Below, in pieces: positions 10,443 through 19,575 of a stretch of 64,000 nt of DNA (the stretch's first letter is position 1; each line of letters starts with the position of its first letter). The position numbers and the translations under genes were made by a program. The notes below the pieces were generated by a model that was not told the origin of the DNA, ran no database searches, and worked only from the letters and a program-made list of their open reading frames with translations. The DNA comes from a bacterium (GTDB taxonomy: Bacteria > UBA8248). Where the stretch lies: the NCBI GenBank assembly GCA_965261085.1, contig OZ253442.1:2560001-2624000 (forward strand), given 5' to 3'.

Positions 10443-13094
10443 GTGATGACGGAGAAGATGATTTATTCCTTTGGCGCCGGGCGAACCGATGGCAGCGCCG
10501 ATATGCGCGAACTGCTGGGTGGTAAGGGCGCGAATCTGGCGGAGATGGCGAGCCTGGATATCCCCGTGCCGCCGGGCTTTACCATCACCACGCAGGTTTG
10601 CGTCGATTATCTGAAACAAAACGCGTTTCCCGAGGGCCTCTGGGAAGACGTGAAAGAGCAGATGGCGCACTTGGAAGATGCAATGGGAGCGCAATTCGGT
10701 GGCGATGAAAATCCGCTTTTGGTGAGCGTGCGCTCAGGCGCACGCGATTCGATGCCGGGCATGATGGATACCGTCCTCAATTTGGGGATGAACGACAAGA
10801 CGGTCGCCGCTCTCGAAAAAAAATCGGGCAGCCGCCGTTTCGCATACGACAGCTATCGCAGGTTCATCAACATGTTCGGCAACGTGGTTCTCGAAATGGA
10901 GCACCACGATTTCGAATCGAAGATCGAGGCGATGAAGCAGCGCAAGGGGGCCGCGTCCGATTTGGACCTGACGGCGGACGACCTAGCCGAGCTGGTGGAT
11001 GAATACGCCGCTCTCGTGCAAGAGAAAACGGGTTCGAGTTTCCCCCAGGACCCTTACGAACAATTGCGGTTATCTATTGAGTCAGTGTTCAAGTCCTGGA
11101 ACAACGATCGCGCCTTCACCTACCGTCGGCTGTATCACATTCCCCACGACTGGGGCACCGCCGTCAACGTGCAGTGCATGGTTTATGGCAACATGGGCGA
11201 GGATTGCTGCACCGGGGTCGCTTTCTCGCGCAATCCCGCGACCGGCGAGCACGCGCTATATGGCGAGATTCTCTTCAACGCCCAGGGCGAAGACGTGGTG
11301 GCGGGCATCAGGACGCCTGAACCCATCGAAAACCTCAGGGGAAAAATGCCCGAGTGTTATGCAGAGTTTGAAAGCATTACCGAAAAGCTCGAAGCCCATT
11401 ACAAAGATATGCAGGACATGGAGTTTACGATTCAGAACGGGCGTCTGTTCATGCTCCAGACGAGAAACGGTAAGCGCACGGCGGCGGCGGCCGTGCGGAT
11501 CGCCATCCAGTTGGTGAGGGAAGGCGTGATAGACAGGCGAGTTGCTTTGCAGATGGTGGACCCCGATAGCCTGGACCAACTGCTGCATCCGATGATCGAT
11601 GTGGAAGGGGAGTTGAAAGTGGTGGCCAAGGGCCTGGCCGCATCGCCGGGCGCCGCCGTGGGCCGGGTTGTGTTCACCGCCACGGATGCGGTGGAGCGGG
11701 CGGAGGCGGGAGATCCCGTCATCCTGGTGCGTCAGGAGACGAGCCCCGAAGACATTAACGGGATGAACGTTTCCCAGGGCATCCTCACGGCGCGGGGCGG
11801 GCTCACCTCGCATGCGGCCGTCGTCGCGAGGCAGATGGGCAAATGCTGCGTCACCGGCTGCAGCGCCCTGAACGTAAGGGGAGATGAGAAGGTGATTCGC
11901 GTGAACGGCGAAACGATATTGGAGGGAGATTTTATTTCCTTGAACGGAAATACCGGCGAGGTGATTCTGGGTGAGGCGAAACTCAAACAACCCGAGCTTT
12001 CGGGGGATTTCGCCACCCTGATGGAATGGGCGGATGAGATCAGGACTTTGGGGGTTCGCGCGAACGCCGACACGGTGACGGATAGCAAGGCGGCTCTCAA
12101 ATTCGGCTGCGAGGGAATCGGCCTGTGCCGCACGGAGCACATGTTCTTCGAGGGGGAGCGCATCGACTATGTGCGCGCGATGATTCTGGCGGCTACGGAG
12201 GAAGAAAGGCGAGATGCGCTCGATCATCTCCTGCCCATGCAGCGCGAGGATTTCATCGGCATCTTCGAAGTGATGAAGGAAAGGCCAGTGACGATCAGGC
12301 TCCTGGATCCGCCGCTTCACGAGTTTTTGCCCAAAACGGAAGAAGACATGGAGCAGGTGGCCAGGTTATTGGGGGTAGGGCTGGATACCGTGCGACACGC
12401 CACGGAAGCGACCGAAGAGCAGAACCCGATGTTGGGCCACCGCGGCTGTCGTCTGGTGGTCACGTATCCCGAAATCGCCGAAATGCAGGTGCGAGCCATC
12501 ATCGAGGCGGCCTGTGAGATGAAATCTCGGGGCATGGACGTGTTGCCTGAAATCATGATTCCCCTCACCTCCGGCATAGGGGAATGGGAGTTCAATCGCG
12601 ACATCGTGCACGATACCGCCGGGAAGGTGATCGAAGAAAAAGGCGTCACGCCCCGCTACCTCACGGGCACGATGATCGAAATTCCCAGGGCCTGCCTCCT
12701 GGCGGGAGAGATTGCCGAGAGTGCGGAATTCTTCAGTTTCGGCACGAACGATCTGACCCAGTTGACCTATGGTTTGAGCCGCGATGACGCGGGCTGGTTT
12801 CTGCCCACGTACATCGAAAAGGATTTGATTTCCAGAGATCCTTTCGTGGCCGTTGATCGTGAGGGAGTGGGCGAGATGGTGCAAATCGGCATGGAGCGCG
12901 GCCGTGCGAGACGGGCGGATCTCGAGGTGGGCATTTGCGGGGAACATGGCGGTGAACCCACGTCGGTTGAATTTTGCCATATGATGAAAATGGATTACGT
13001 CTCCTGCGCTCCGTACCGGGCCCCGATTGCGAGGCTCGCCGCCGCTCAGGCGGCCATAACGCACGGTTCATACCAAACGGTCGAAATCCATTGA
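10443..13094 (+). CDS. ppdK: Pyruvate, phosphate dikinase
   Basis: LGGKGANLAEM, SMPGMMDT, GGLTSHAAVVAR (phospho-His) and GICGEHGG. Confidence 0.97.
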   Translation: MMTEKMIYSFGAGRTDGSADMRELLGGKGANLAEMASLDIPVPPGFTITTQVCVDYLKQNAFPEGLWEDVKEQMAHLEDAMGAQFGGDENPLLVSVRSGARDSMPGMMDTVLNLGMNDKTVAALEKKSGSRRFAYDSYRRFINMFGNVVLEMEHHDFESKIEAMKQRKGAASDLDLTADDLAELVDEYAALVQEKTGSSFPQDPYEQLRLSIESVFKSWNNDRAFTYRRLYHIPHDWGTAVNVQCMVYGNMGEDCCTGVAFSRNPATGEHALYGEILFNAQGEDVVAGIRTPEPIENLRGKMPECYAEFESITEKLEAHYKDMQDMEFTIQNGRLFMLQTRNGKRTAAAAVRIAIQLVREGVIDRRVALQMVDPDSLDQLLHPMIDVEGELKVVAKGLAASPGAAVGRVVFTATDAVERAEAGDPVILVRQETSPEDINGMNVSQGILTARGGLTSHAAVVARQMGKCCVTGCSALNVRGDEKVIRVNGETILEGDFISLNGNTGEVILGEAKLKQPELSGDFATLMEWADEIRTLGVRANADTVTDSKAALKFGCEGIGLCRTEHMFFEGERIDYVRAMILAATEEERRDALDHLLPMQREDFIGIFEVMKERPVTIRLLDPPLHEFLPKTEEDMEQVARLLGVGLDTVRHATEATEEQNPMLGHRGCRLVVTYPEIAEMQVRAIIEAACEMKSRGMDVLPEIMIPLTSGIGEWEFNRDIVHDTAGKVIEEKGVTPRYLTGTMIEIPRACLLAGEIAESAEFFSFGTNDLTQLTYGLSRDDAGWFLPTYIEKDLISRDPFVAVDREGVGEMVQIGMERGRARRADLEVGICGEHGGEPTSVEFCHMMKMDYVSCAPYRAPIARLAAAQAAITHGSYQTVEIH

Positions 13095-13110
13095 GCGGGA
13101 TTCCCCTTTG

Positions 13111-14268
13111 ATGGTTCACCTCTCCGCCGAGCGGAAAAATGAGTTGATGGCAGAAGCCCTGTCCCTCGCGGCGCGCGCGGAGGGAATGACGAGCCCCAAT
13201 CCACTAGTCGGGGCTGTTGTTCTTGACGCCGCCGGAGAGACAGCGGGCCGGGGCTGGCACCGAAAGGCGGGGGAGCCGCACGCGGAAGTCCTGGCTTTGC
13301 AAGACGCGGGTGATCGTGCGCGAGGCGGCGTTTTAATCCTCACTCTGGAGCCATGTTCTCACCAGGGCAGAACTCCCCCTTGCGCGCCTTTCGTGGTGGA
13401 GGCGGGCGTTTCTCACGTCATCGTCGCCGTCTCGGACCCGAACCCACAAGTGTCCGGCAAAGGATTTGCGCACCTGCGCGCGCATGGCGTCGGGGTGGAA
13501 ATTGGCATAATGGCCGAGGAGGCGGTGCGCCAGAATGAAGTCTATTTTCACTGGTGGCAGCGTGGTCGCCCCTTTCTTACCCTGAAGGCCGCTGCGAGTC
13601 TGGACGGGAAAATCGCCACCCGAAGCGGGCAGAGCAGGTGGATAACGGGCGAGGCGGCGAGAAACGCAGGCCATCATTTCAGAAACAAAGTGGACGCCAT
13701 TTTAGTGGGAGTGGAGACGGTCCTGGAGGACGACCCGTTGCTTACGGCGCGGCCCGATGGCGTTCCGGGCAAGCCATTGACGAGAGTTGTCTTGGATTCC
13801 AGGCTCAGGACGCCCTCTCACGCCCGGATTCTGGCCTCTCGGGAGGGGAGTTCCACCATCGTCGCGACTACGGACGCGGCCCCCACGGCCAAAGAAGAGG
13901 CGTTGCGCGAAACGGGTGCGGAAATCATCCGCATAGGAGCGGACCCGCAGGGCCGGGTGTCGCTCGCTCTGCTGTTAGGGGTGTTGGGAAGCCGCGGCGT
14001 TCGTCATATTCTCGTGGAAGGCGGCGGACGGGTGCACGGTTCATTTATTCGGGAGGGTTTGGCGGATCGTCTCCTTTATTTTTTGGCGCCCCTGGTGGTT
14101 GGGGATGCGCAGGCTCCGGGCGCGATTTCCGGACTTGATGAATCGGAATTGCAATCTCTCCCCGGATTATTTAATGTAATACATGAAGTTATTGGGGATG
14201 ATTTGTTGATTCAAGGATATTTCAAAAAACCGATCTGGAAAGACATAGGGGACGGGGCGAGTGTTTAG
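13111..14268 (+). CDS. ribD: Riboflavin biosynthesis deaminase/reductase
   Basis: PNPLVGAV, HAE...LEPCSHQGRTPPC, SLDGKIA and VEGGG. Confidence 0.96.
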   Translation: MVHLSAERKNELMAEALSLAARAEGMTSPNPLVGAVVLDAAGETAGRGWHRKAGEPHAEVLALQDAGDRARGGVLILTLEPCSHQGRTPPCAPFVVEAGVSHVIVAVSDPNPQVSGKGFAHLRAHGVGVEIGIMAEEAVRQNEVYFHWWQRGRPFLTLKAAASLDGKIATRSGQSRWITGEAARNAGHHFRNKVDAILVGVETVLEDDPLLTARPDGVPGKPLTRVVLDSRLRTPSHARILASREGSSTIVATTDAAPTAKEEALRETGAEIIRIGADPQGRVSLALLLGVLGSRGVRHILVEGGGRVHGSFIREGLADRLLYFLAPLVVGDAQAPGAISGLDESELQSLPGLFNVIHEVIGDDLLIQGYFKKPIWKDIGDGASV

Positions 14269-14911
14269 CGGGATCATCGAGACCATCGGCGCGATTCGCT
14301 CATTGAGAAAAGACGCCAAAGGTGCGCGAATCGCCATCGAGGCGCCGGGTCTTTTGAACGGGGTGCGGTTGGGGGATTCCATTGCGCTTAATGGCGTTTG
14401 CGTCACGGTGGTCGATTTTGATGAAAGAAAGTTCGAGGCCGATTTGTCCATCGAGACGCTGAGGCGTACGAATTTAGGGGAACTGGCTGTTGGCGACGGA
14501 TGCAACCTGGAGCGCGCCATGGCGCTGGGAGAACGCTTGGGCGGGCATCTCGTGAGTGGCCACGCGGACGGCGTGGGCAGGATCAAGAATAGAAAAAACG
14601 AGGGCGACTCCATTTGGCTCACATTCGAGGCCCCGGTGGAGGTGATGCGCTATGTCGTCTATAAAGGTTCTATCGCGGTCGATGGAATCAGCCTGACGGT
14701 AGCGGCATGTGACGGTGAGACTTTTTCGGTTTCCATCATCCCGCATACGGGTGAGCAAACGACGCTCACGGATAAGAAAGACGGCGCCGCCGTGAACCTG
14801 GAGGCGGATTTGATTGGAAAATACGTGGAAAAGCTGCTCGTTCCCCACATAGAATCGAGGTCTCCAAGCGGCGTCACGATGGAAAAACTAAAGGAGCAAG
14901 GCTATGCCTGA
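14261..14911 (+). CDS. ribE: Riboflavin synthase (alpha chain)
   Basis: MFSGII N-terminus, GDSIALNGVCVT, GGHLVSGH and VNLEAD. Confidence 0.96.
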   Translation: MFSGIIETIGAIRSLRKDAKGARIAIEAPGLLNGVRLGDSIALNGVCVTVVDFDERKFEADLSIETLRRTNLGELAVGDGCNLERAMALGERLGGHLVSGHADGVGRIKNRKNEGDSIWLTFEAPVEVMRYVVYKGSIAVDGISLTVAACDGETFSVSIIPHTGEQTTLTDKKDGAAVNLEADLIGKYVEKLLVPHIESRSPSGVTMEKLKEQGYA

Positions 14912-16136
14912 GCCGATGGAGGAAAAGGATTTCGACGAAAGTCCTTTCTCCACGATTGAAGAGGCGATGGGCGATATTCGCGAGGGACGCATCGTCGTCC
15001 TCGTGGATGATGAGGATCGCGAGAACGAGGGCGATTTCATCTTGGCGGCCGAGAGGGCTACGCCCGAGGCGATTAACTTCATGACCAAGCACGCGCGCGG
15101 TCTGGTTTGTCTCGCGCTCACGCCGGAGAAGGTCGAATCTCTGGGTCTCCCCATGATGGTGCCCAGCGGCCAGAACGGGTCGGCTTTCGGCACGGCTTTT
15201 ACGGTTTCCATCGAAGCGTGTGAAGGCGTCACGACGGGCATCAGCGCCTTCGACAGGGCACACACCATACAAACCGCGATACAAGAAGACGCCAGGCCGT
15301 CGGACCTGGTGACGCCCGGCCACATTTTCCCGCTGCGAGCGCAGCCGGGCGGCGTGCTCAGGCGAGCGGGCCACACGGAGGGCACGGTGGATTTGGCCCG
15401 CTTGGCTGGCCTTCAGCCCGCGGGTGTTCTTTGTGAGGTTTTGAATGAAGACGGCTCGATGGCGCGCCTCCCCAACCTGCGGAAAATAGCGAAGAAAAAC
15501 AATCTCTCCCTCGTGACCATTAAAGATCTCATCGCTTATCGCATGCGTCACGATCGCCTTGTGGAGCGTGTGGAGGAGGCTGTGGTGCCGACGGCGTTCG
15601 GCACTTTCAAGGTGTATGCGTACCACAATCAAAGCAGCGGAAGGATTCACGCCGCTTTGGTGATGGGGGAATTGAACCCGGATGAACCCACCCACATTCG
15701 AGTGCAGCCTGTGAATGCCATCTGGGATTTGTTGGCGCTCTTACGCTCTGATTGTCCGGATAGAACCAGAAATGCGCTGGCCAAAATTCAGGAAGCGGGC
15801 AAGGGGGTATTGGTTTTTTTGCAGCCCGATTCGATGGGAGAGGAATTTCCCCGAAAAGAGAAGATGTCCCCCAACCCGCGTGATGTGGATGAGAAAATCG
15901 GAATCAAGAGCGCGCCACTCGAAGGGTTGCGCGATTACGGCATTGGCGCCCAGATACTCGTGGACCTGGGCTTGCGGCGGATTCGGATCATGACGAATGA
16001 TGAGCGCAGAATCGTGGCGCTCGAAGGCTATGGCCTGGAACTCGAGGACAGGGTGACGGTGGGTATGGAGCCACCTTTGCCGGCTTTGCAAAAAAAGAGG
16101 AAGGATGGCAAGGAATCCTACTTGCAGCGTCCATAA
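14904..16136 (+). CDS. ribB: 3,4-dihydroxy-2-butanone 4-phosphate synthase fused to a degenerate GTP cyclohydrolase II domain (RibBX)
   Basis: DDEDRENEGD and RAGHTE are intact; the C-terminal domain lacks the RibA zinc motif. Confidence 0.9.
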   Translation: MPEPMEEKDFDESPFSTIEEAMGDIREGRIVVLVDDEDRENEGDFILAAERATPEAINFMTKHARGLVCLALTPEKVESLGLPMMVPSGQNGSAFGTAFTVSIEACEGVTTGISAFDRAHTIQTAIQEDARPSDLVTPGHIFPLRAQPGGVLRRAGHTEGTVDLARLAGLQPAGVLCEVLNEDGSMARLPNLRKIAKKNNLSLVTIKDLIAYRMRHDRLVERVEEAVVPTAFGTFKVYAYHNQSSGRIHAALVMGELNPDEPTHIRVQPVNAIWDLLALLRSDCPDRTRNALAKIQEAGKGVLVFLQPDSMGEEFPRKEKMSPNPRDVDEKIGIKSAPLEGLRDYGIGAQILVDLGLRRIRIMTNDERRIVALEGYGLELEDRVTVGMEPPLPALQKKRKDGKESYLQRP

Positions 16137-16154
16137 AACGCATGTGGAGAGGGA

Positions 16155-16655
16155 ATGGATAATCCGGTGGAAGGCAACCTGAACGGACAGGGTTTGCGGG
16201 TCGGCCTCGTGTCGTCGCGCTTTAACGATTTTATCGTCACGCACCTCGTGGGAGGGGCCGAGACGGCCTTGCGGCAATGCGGCGTGTCCGCAGCCGATGT
16301 GGCGCACGTGCAGGTGCCGGGGTCGTTCGAGCTTCCGGCGGCTGCAATGAAGATGGCGAAATCACAAAAATACGACGCCATCGTATGTTTAGGTTGCGTG
16401 ATACGGGGCGCTACCTCTCACTATGATTTGGTGTGCGCCGAAGCGACGAAGGGCATCGCCCAAGTGGGCGCTCAGACGGGGGTGCCGACCATTTTCGCCG
16501 TCGTCACGACGGATACGATTGAGCAGGCCATAGAGCGTGCGGGAACGAAAATGGGAAACAAGGGATACGATGGTGCCTTGGCGGCCGTGGAGATGGCGAA
16601 TTTGTTTTCGAAAATGGATGAGGATGGGAACGACGCTCTCGAAGAGGGAAAGTAA
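16155..16655 (+). CDS. ribH: Lumazine synthase
   Basis: [22 protein letters not shown] and NKG. Confidence 0.97.
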   Translation: MDNPVEGNLNGQGLRVGLVSSRFNDFIVTHLVGGAETALRQCGVSAADVAHVQVPGSFELPAAAMKMAKSQKYDAIVCLGCVIRGATSHYDLVCAEATKGIAQVGAQTGVPTIFAVVTTDTIEQAIERAGTKMGNKGYDGALAAVEMANLFSKMDEDGNDALEEGK

Positions 16656-17068
16656 TGGCCGAGAACAGAAAGGCGGGACGAGAGCTTGCGTTTCAAATCC
16701 TTTATCACACCGATCGCATCGGAAGTCTTACGCCGGAGGAGGTCGAGCGCTATTGGCGGTTGCATCCCGCGGATGAGAGTTCAAGAATATTCGCCGATAG
16801 GTTGATATCGATTCTCCTGGATAAGGACCGGCAGATTAACGATTTGCTCACTGGAGCAAGCGCGAGTTGGTCGCTCGAACGCATGGACGCCGTATCGAGA
16901 AGCATATTGCGTCTGGGCGTTTGCGAAATGTATTTCGTTCCGGATATCCCGCCCGCAGTTACGATGGATGAAGCGATTCGTCTGGCCAAGCGATATGGAC
17001 CGGAGAATGCTCCTGGTTTCGTGAACGGCATCCTGGATCGTCTCCACCAAGAGAAAATGGTGGTCTAG
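16655..17068 (+). CDS. nusB: Transcription antitermination factor NusB
   Basis: RELAFQILY, ILRLG, DEAIRLAKRY and FVNGILD; follows ribH. Confidence 0.94.
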   Translation: MAENRKAGRELAFQILYHTDRIGSLTPEEVERYWRLHPADESSRIFADRLISILLDKDRQINDLLTGASASWSLERMDAVSRSILRLGVCEMYFVPDIPPAVTMDEAIRLAKRYGPENAPGFVNGILDRLHQEKMVV

Positions 17069-17069
17069 T

Positions 17070-17624
17070 GTGATACGCCTTCGCCTGTTTCCCCAGGGAC
17101 TCGATGAAGTAAAGAGTTTCGCCGCTGTTTCCATGTTCGCGGTGGAGGATTTTCCGTTTCAAGGGAGATTGGGTGAAATCGATCGCTTGCTGGAGAGCGA
17201 GGCGAGCCGCCTGGTGCAGCAGGGCAAATTGAGCGGCGCATGGGAGTCGCAAGCTTTGCTGGCCTCAAAGGGACGACTCGCGCCAGAATACGTATTGTTC
17301 GCAGGACTCGGTTCTTTGGAGGACTTGACCCTGACGAAGCTCTATCGGCGCGCAAAGGAGATTTTTAGAAGAATGATGAAGGCGTCGGCGAAGAATTTGT
17401 CGATGCAGGTTTCCGGTTTCGCGCAGCTTCCCGATGATTTCGCTCCTGTGGCCACGGAGATCATGAACGGTGCGATACGGGGCGTTATCGGAAACCCTTG
17501 GGATGTCGATATTCTTGTTTGCGAACCAAATGACGAGAAATATGACGAGTTGATTGCGCTGAGCGAGCAAATTGCTTTCAGCAGCGTGAAGAACCGCGAG
17601 CTCTCCCTGGAGGTTTTGATTTGA
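17070..17624 (+). CDS. Stand-alone leucyl aminopeptidase (M17) N-terminal-domain-like protein
   Basis: PFQGRLGEIDRLL, LLASKGRL and VLFAGLG resemble the PepA N-terminal domain; no catalytic domain is present. Confidence 0.55.
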   Translation: MIRLRLFPQGLDEVKSFAAVSMFAVEDFPFQGRLGEIDRLLESEASRLVQQGKLSGAWESQALLASKGRLAPEYVLFAGLGSLEDLTLTKLYRRAKEIFRRMMKASAKNLSMQVSGFAQLPDDFAPVATEIMNGAIRGVIGNPWDVDILVCEPNDEKYDELIALSEQIAFSSVKNRELSLEVLI

Positions 17625-18157
17625 GCGAGGCGCTTTTGAGGACGATTTACAAGTTTCATTTCGCTCTCCTGTTGAGCGTTTTCCTGGCGGCGGGCTGCGG
17701 CTACGAGCTCGAGGGAACCCGCCGCCCCGAGAACCTAAAAGGCGTGCGCACGATTTCGATACCTCCATTCCTGAACCAGACGAGCGAGCCGGGCCTCGGG
17801 CGCGCAGTTACGAAAACGGTGCGAGGAAGATTCTTGCGGGACGGCCGCCTCCGGGTTTCTGACTCCCCAGATGCGGATATCACTCTCGAAGGTGTTTTGC
17901 GGGAGTATCGTCTCTCTCCGATTGGCTTCACTCACGCCGACAGGGTTCAGCAATACCGCGTCGTCGTGCGCACCCGGATACGGCTGCGCGACAAGGGGCG
18001 GAGGAAATTGCTCATCAATCAGGATGTGGAGTCCTATGCCGAGTTCGAGGTTTCCTCATCCATCGCGCAAAGCGACGCGAACCGCTCGAGTGCGAATCAG
18101 CGAGTGGCCGATACTCTATCGGAAGACGTCGTCAGCCTCGTGCTAGAGGGCTTTTAG
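17621..18157 (+). CDS. lptE: LPS assembly lipoprotein LptE family
   Basis: Lipobox LAAGC followed by GY, IPPFLNQT, and position upstream of holA. Confidence 0.85.
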   Translation: MSEALLRTIYKFHFALLLSVFLAAGCGYELEGTRRPENLKGVRTISIPPFLNQTSEPGLGRAVTKTVRGRFLRDGRLRVSDSPDADITLEGVLREYRLSPIGFTHADRVQQYRVVVRTRIRLRDKGRRKLLINQDVESYAEFEVSSSIAQSDANRSSANQRVADTLSEDVVSLVLEGF

Positions 18158-18158
18158 A

Positions 18159-19202
18159 TTGGCTCCGAGTCGCAAGAAGCCAAAGAGTTCCTTGGCGGCG
18201 ATCTCCGATGTGCAAAGCGCGCCGATTCGGCCCATATACCTTTTGGAAGGCAAGGACTCTTTTTTGCGGGATGAATACTTGCGCGTCATTCGCCGCAAGG
18301 TTTTTGGCGATGGACCGGATGACTTCAACCATGATCGCTTCGACTGGACCGAGGCCGATATTTCCGAAATCATTACCATTGCCCAGACGCTGCCGTTCAT
18401 GGCGGAAAAGCGCCTCATCGAAATCTTCAATTTCATCAGACCCGGCGAGAAGGATGAAGCCATCTTTCTCTCTTATCTCGACCACCCGTCTGTGTCCACG
18501 GTTCTGGTATTTTGCGTGGAGAACCCCGATATGCGGACGACTTTCTTCCAACGCCTGGTGAAGGCGAGCGTGGTTTGTCGGGTGGATATCCTGGAGGGGG
18601 AAGAATTAAAGAAATGGCTTCATGGGCGTTCCGTAGAGGTGGGGTTCGAACTGCGGCCAGAGGCCGCCGATATGCTGGTCGAAATGGTCAAGCCCTCGAT
18701 GATGAGACTCAGCACGGAACTCGAGAAGATTGCCTCCTACCTGATGCCGGGAACACTCGCCGGCGTGGATGAGATTCGTGAAATAGTCGGACACTCCAAA
18801 GAGGAGTTGCTCTATAAGTTGGGTGATTCGCTTAGCCAGGGGAGCCTGGGTGGAACCCTCGTTCTCTTGCGCCGGATGATGGAAACCGAACACCCCGTCG
18901 TGTTCGTTGGATTGTTGCGCAATTTGATTCGGCGTTGGACGATTACAAAAGCCTTGATTAGAAGTGGCCGGGGCGCCCAGGGGATTTCTCAGGTACTGGG
19001 TCTACCGCCCTTTGTGGCGAAAAGGCTCGAGAGTCAGGTAAGGGGATTACGTTCCGCCTATTTGCGCGAGTTGTACGGGAAACTGCTTCAGGTGGATCGC
19101 AAGCTAAAACGGACGAGCGACATGAAGGTCGCTCGTCAGGCGCTCGAGTTGTTTTTAGTGGATGTGCGTTTCTCCAGAAGCGGGACGCACAAGGTTGCTT
19201 AG
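18159..19202 (+). CDS. holA: DNA polymerase III delta subunit
   Basis: PIYLLEG, TLPFMAEKRL, ELEKI and DRKLK; lptE-holA-rpsT gene order. Confidence 0.9.
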   Translation: MAPSRKKPKSSLAAISDVQSAPIRPIYLLEGKDSFLRDEYLRVIRRKVFGDGPDDFNHDRFDWTEADISEIITIAQTLPFMAEKRLIEIFNFIRPGEKDEAIFLSYLDHPSVSTVLVFCVENPDMRTTFFQRLVKASVVCRVDILEGEELKKWLHGRSVEVGFELRPEAADMLVEMVKPSMMRLSTELEKIASYLMPGTLAGVDEIREIVGHSKEELLYKLGDSLSQGSLGGTLVLLRRMMETEHPVVFVGLLRNLIRRWTITKALIRSGRGAQGISQVLGLPPFVAKRLESQVRGLRSAYLRELYGKLLQVDRKLKRTSDMKVARQALELFLVDVRFSRSGTHKVA

Positions 19203-19457
19203 CTATTTGGAAGATGCCGCGTGAACTCTCTTGGCCAATCTTCCCGCGCGTCTCGACGCTGTTTTTTTGTGGATAATTCCTTTGGTGGCTGCGCGGTCCA
19301 GTTGCGACTGGGCTTTTTTCAGCAGTTCTTCGGGATTTTCTTCGCTATTCAAAACCTCTTTGATGGTGTTGCGAAACTGGGTTCGAATAGCGCGGTTTTT
19401 GGCGCGGAGAACGATATTCTGGCGATTGCGCTTTTTAGCCGAACGAATATGTGGCAA
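19203..19457 (-). CDS. rpsT: 30S ribosomal protein S20
   Basis: PHIRSAKKR...LDRAATKGIIHKKTASR. Confidence 0.96.
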   Translation of the reverse strand: MPHIRSAKKRNRQNIVLRAKNRAIRTQFRNTIKEVLNSEENPEELLKKAQSQLDRAATKGIIHKKTASRRAGRLAKRVHAASSK

Positions 19458-19575
19458 TTTGTTTGATTCTCCGTGAATATGGTTTAAATGTTCCTCTTGA
19501 GGCCGCTTCGCAGCACGGGTAAAATACCACGGAACAAAGGGTTGTCAAGCTCACCGCCCCGGTGTCAGGAATTTT

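Noticed and set aside
13095-13110. FMN riboswitch before ribD
   Set aside because: Only about 16 nt separate ppdK and ribD, so there is no room for an RFN element.
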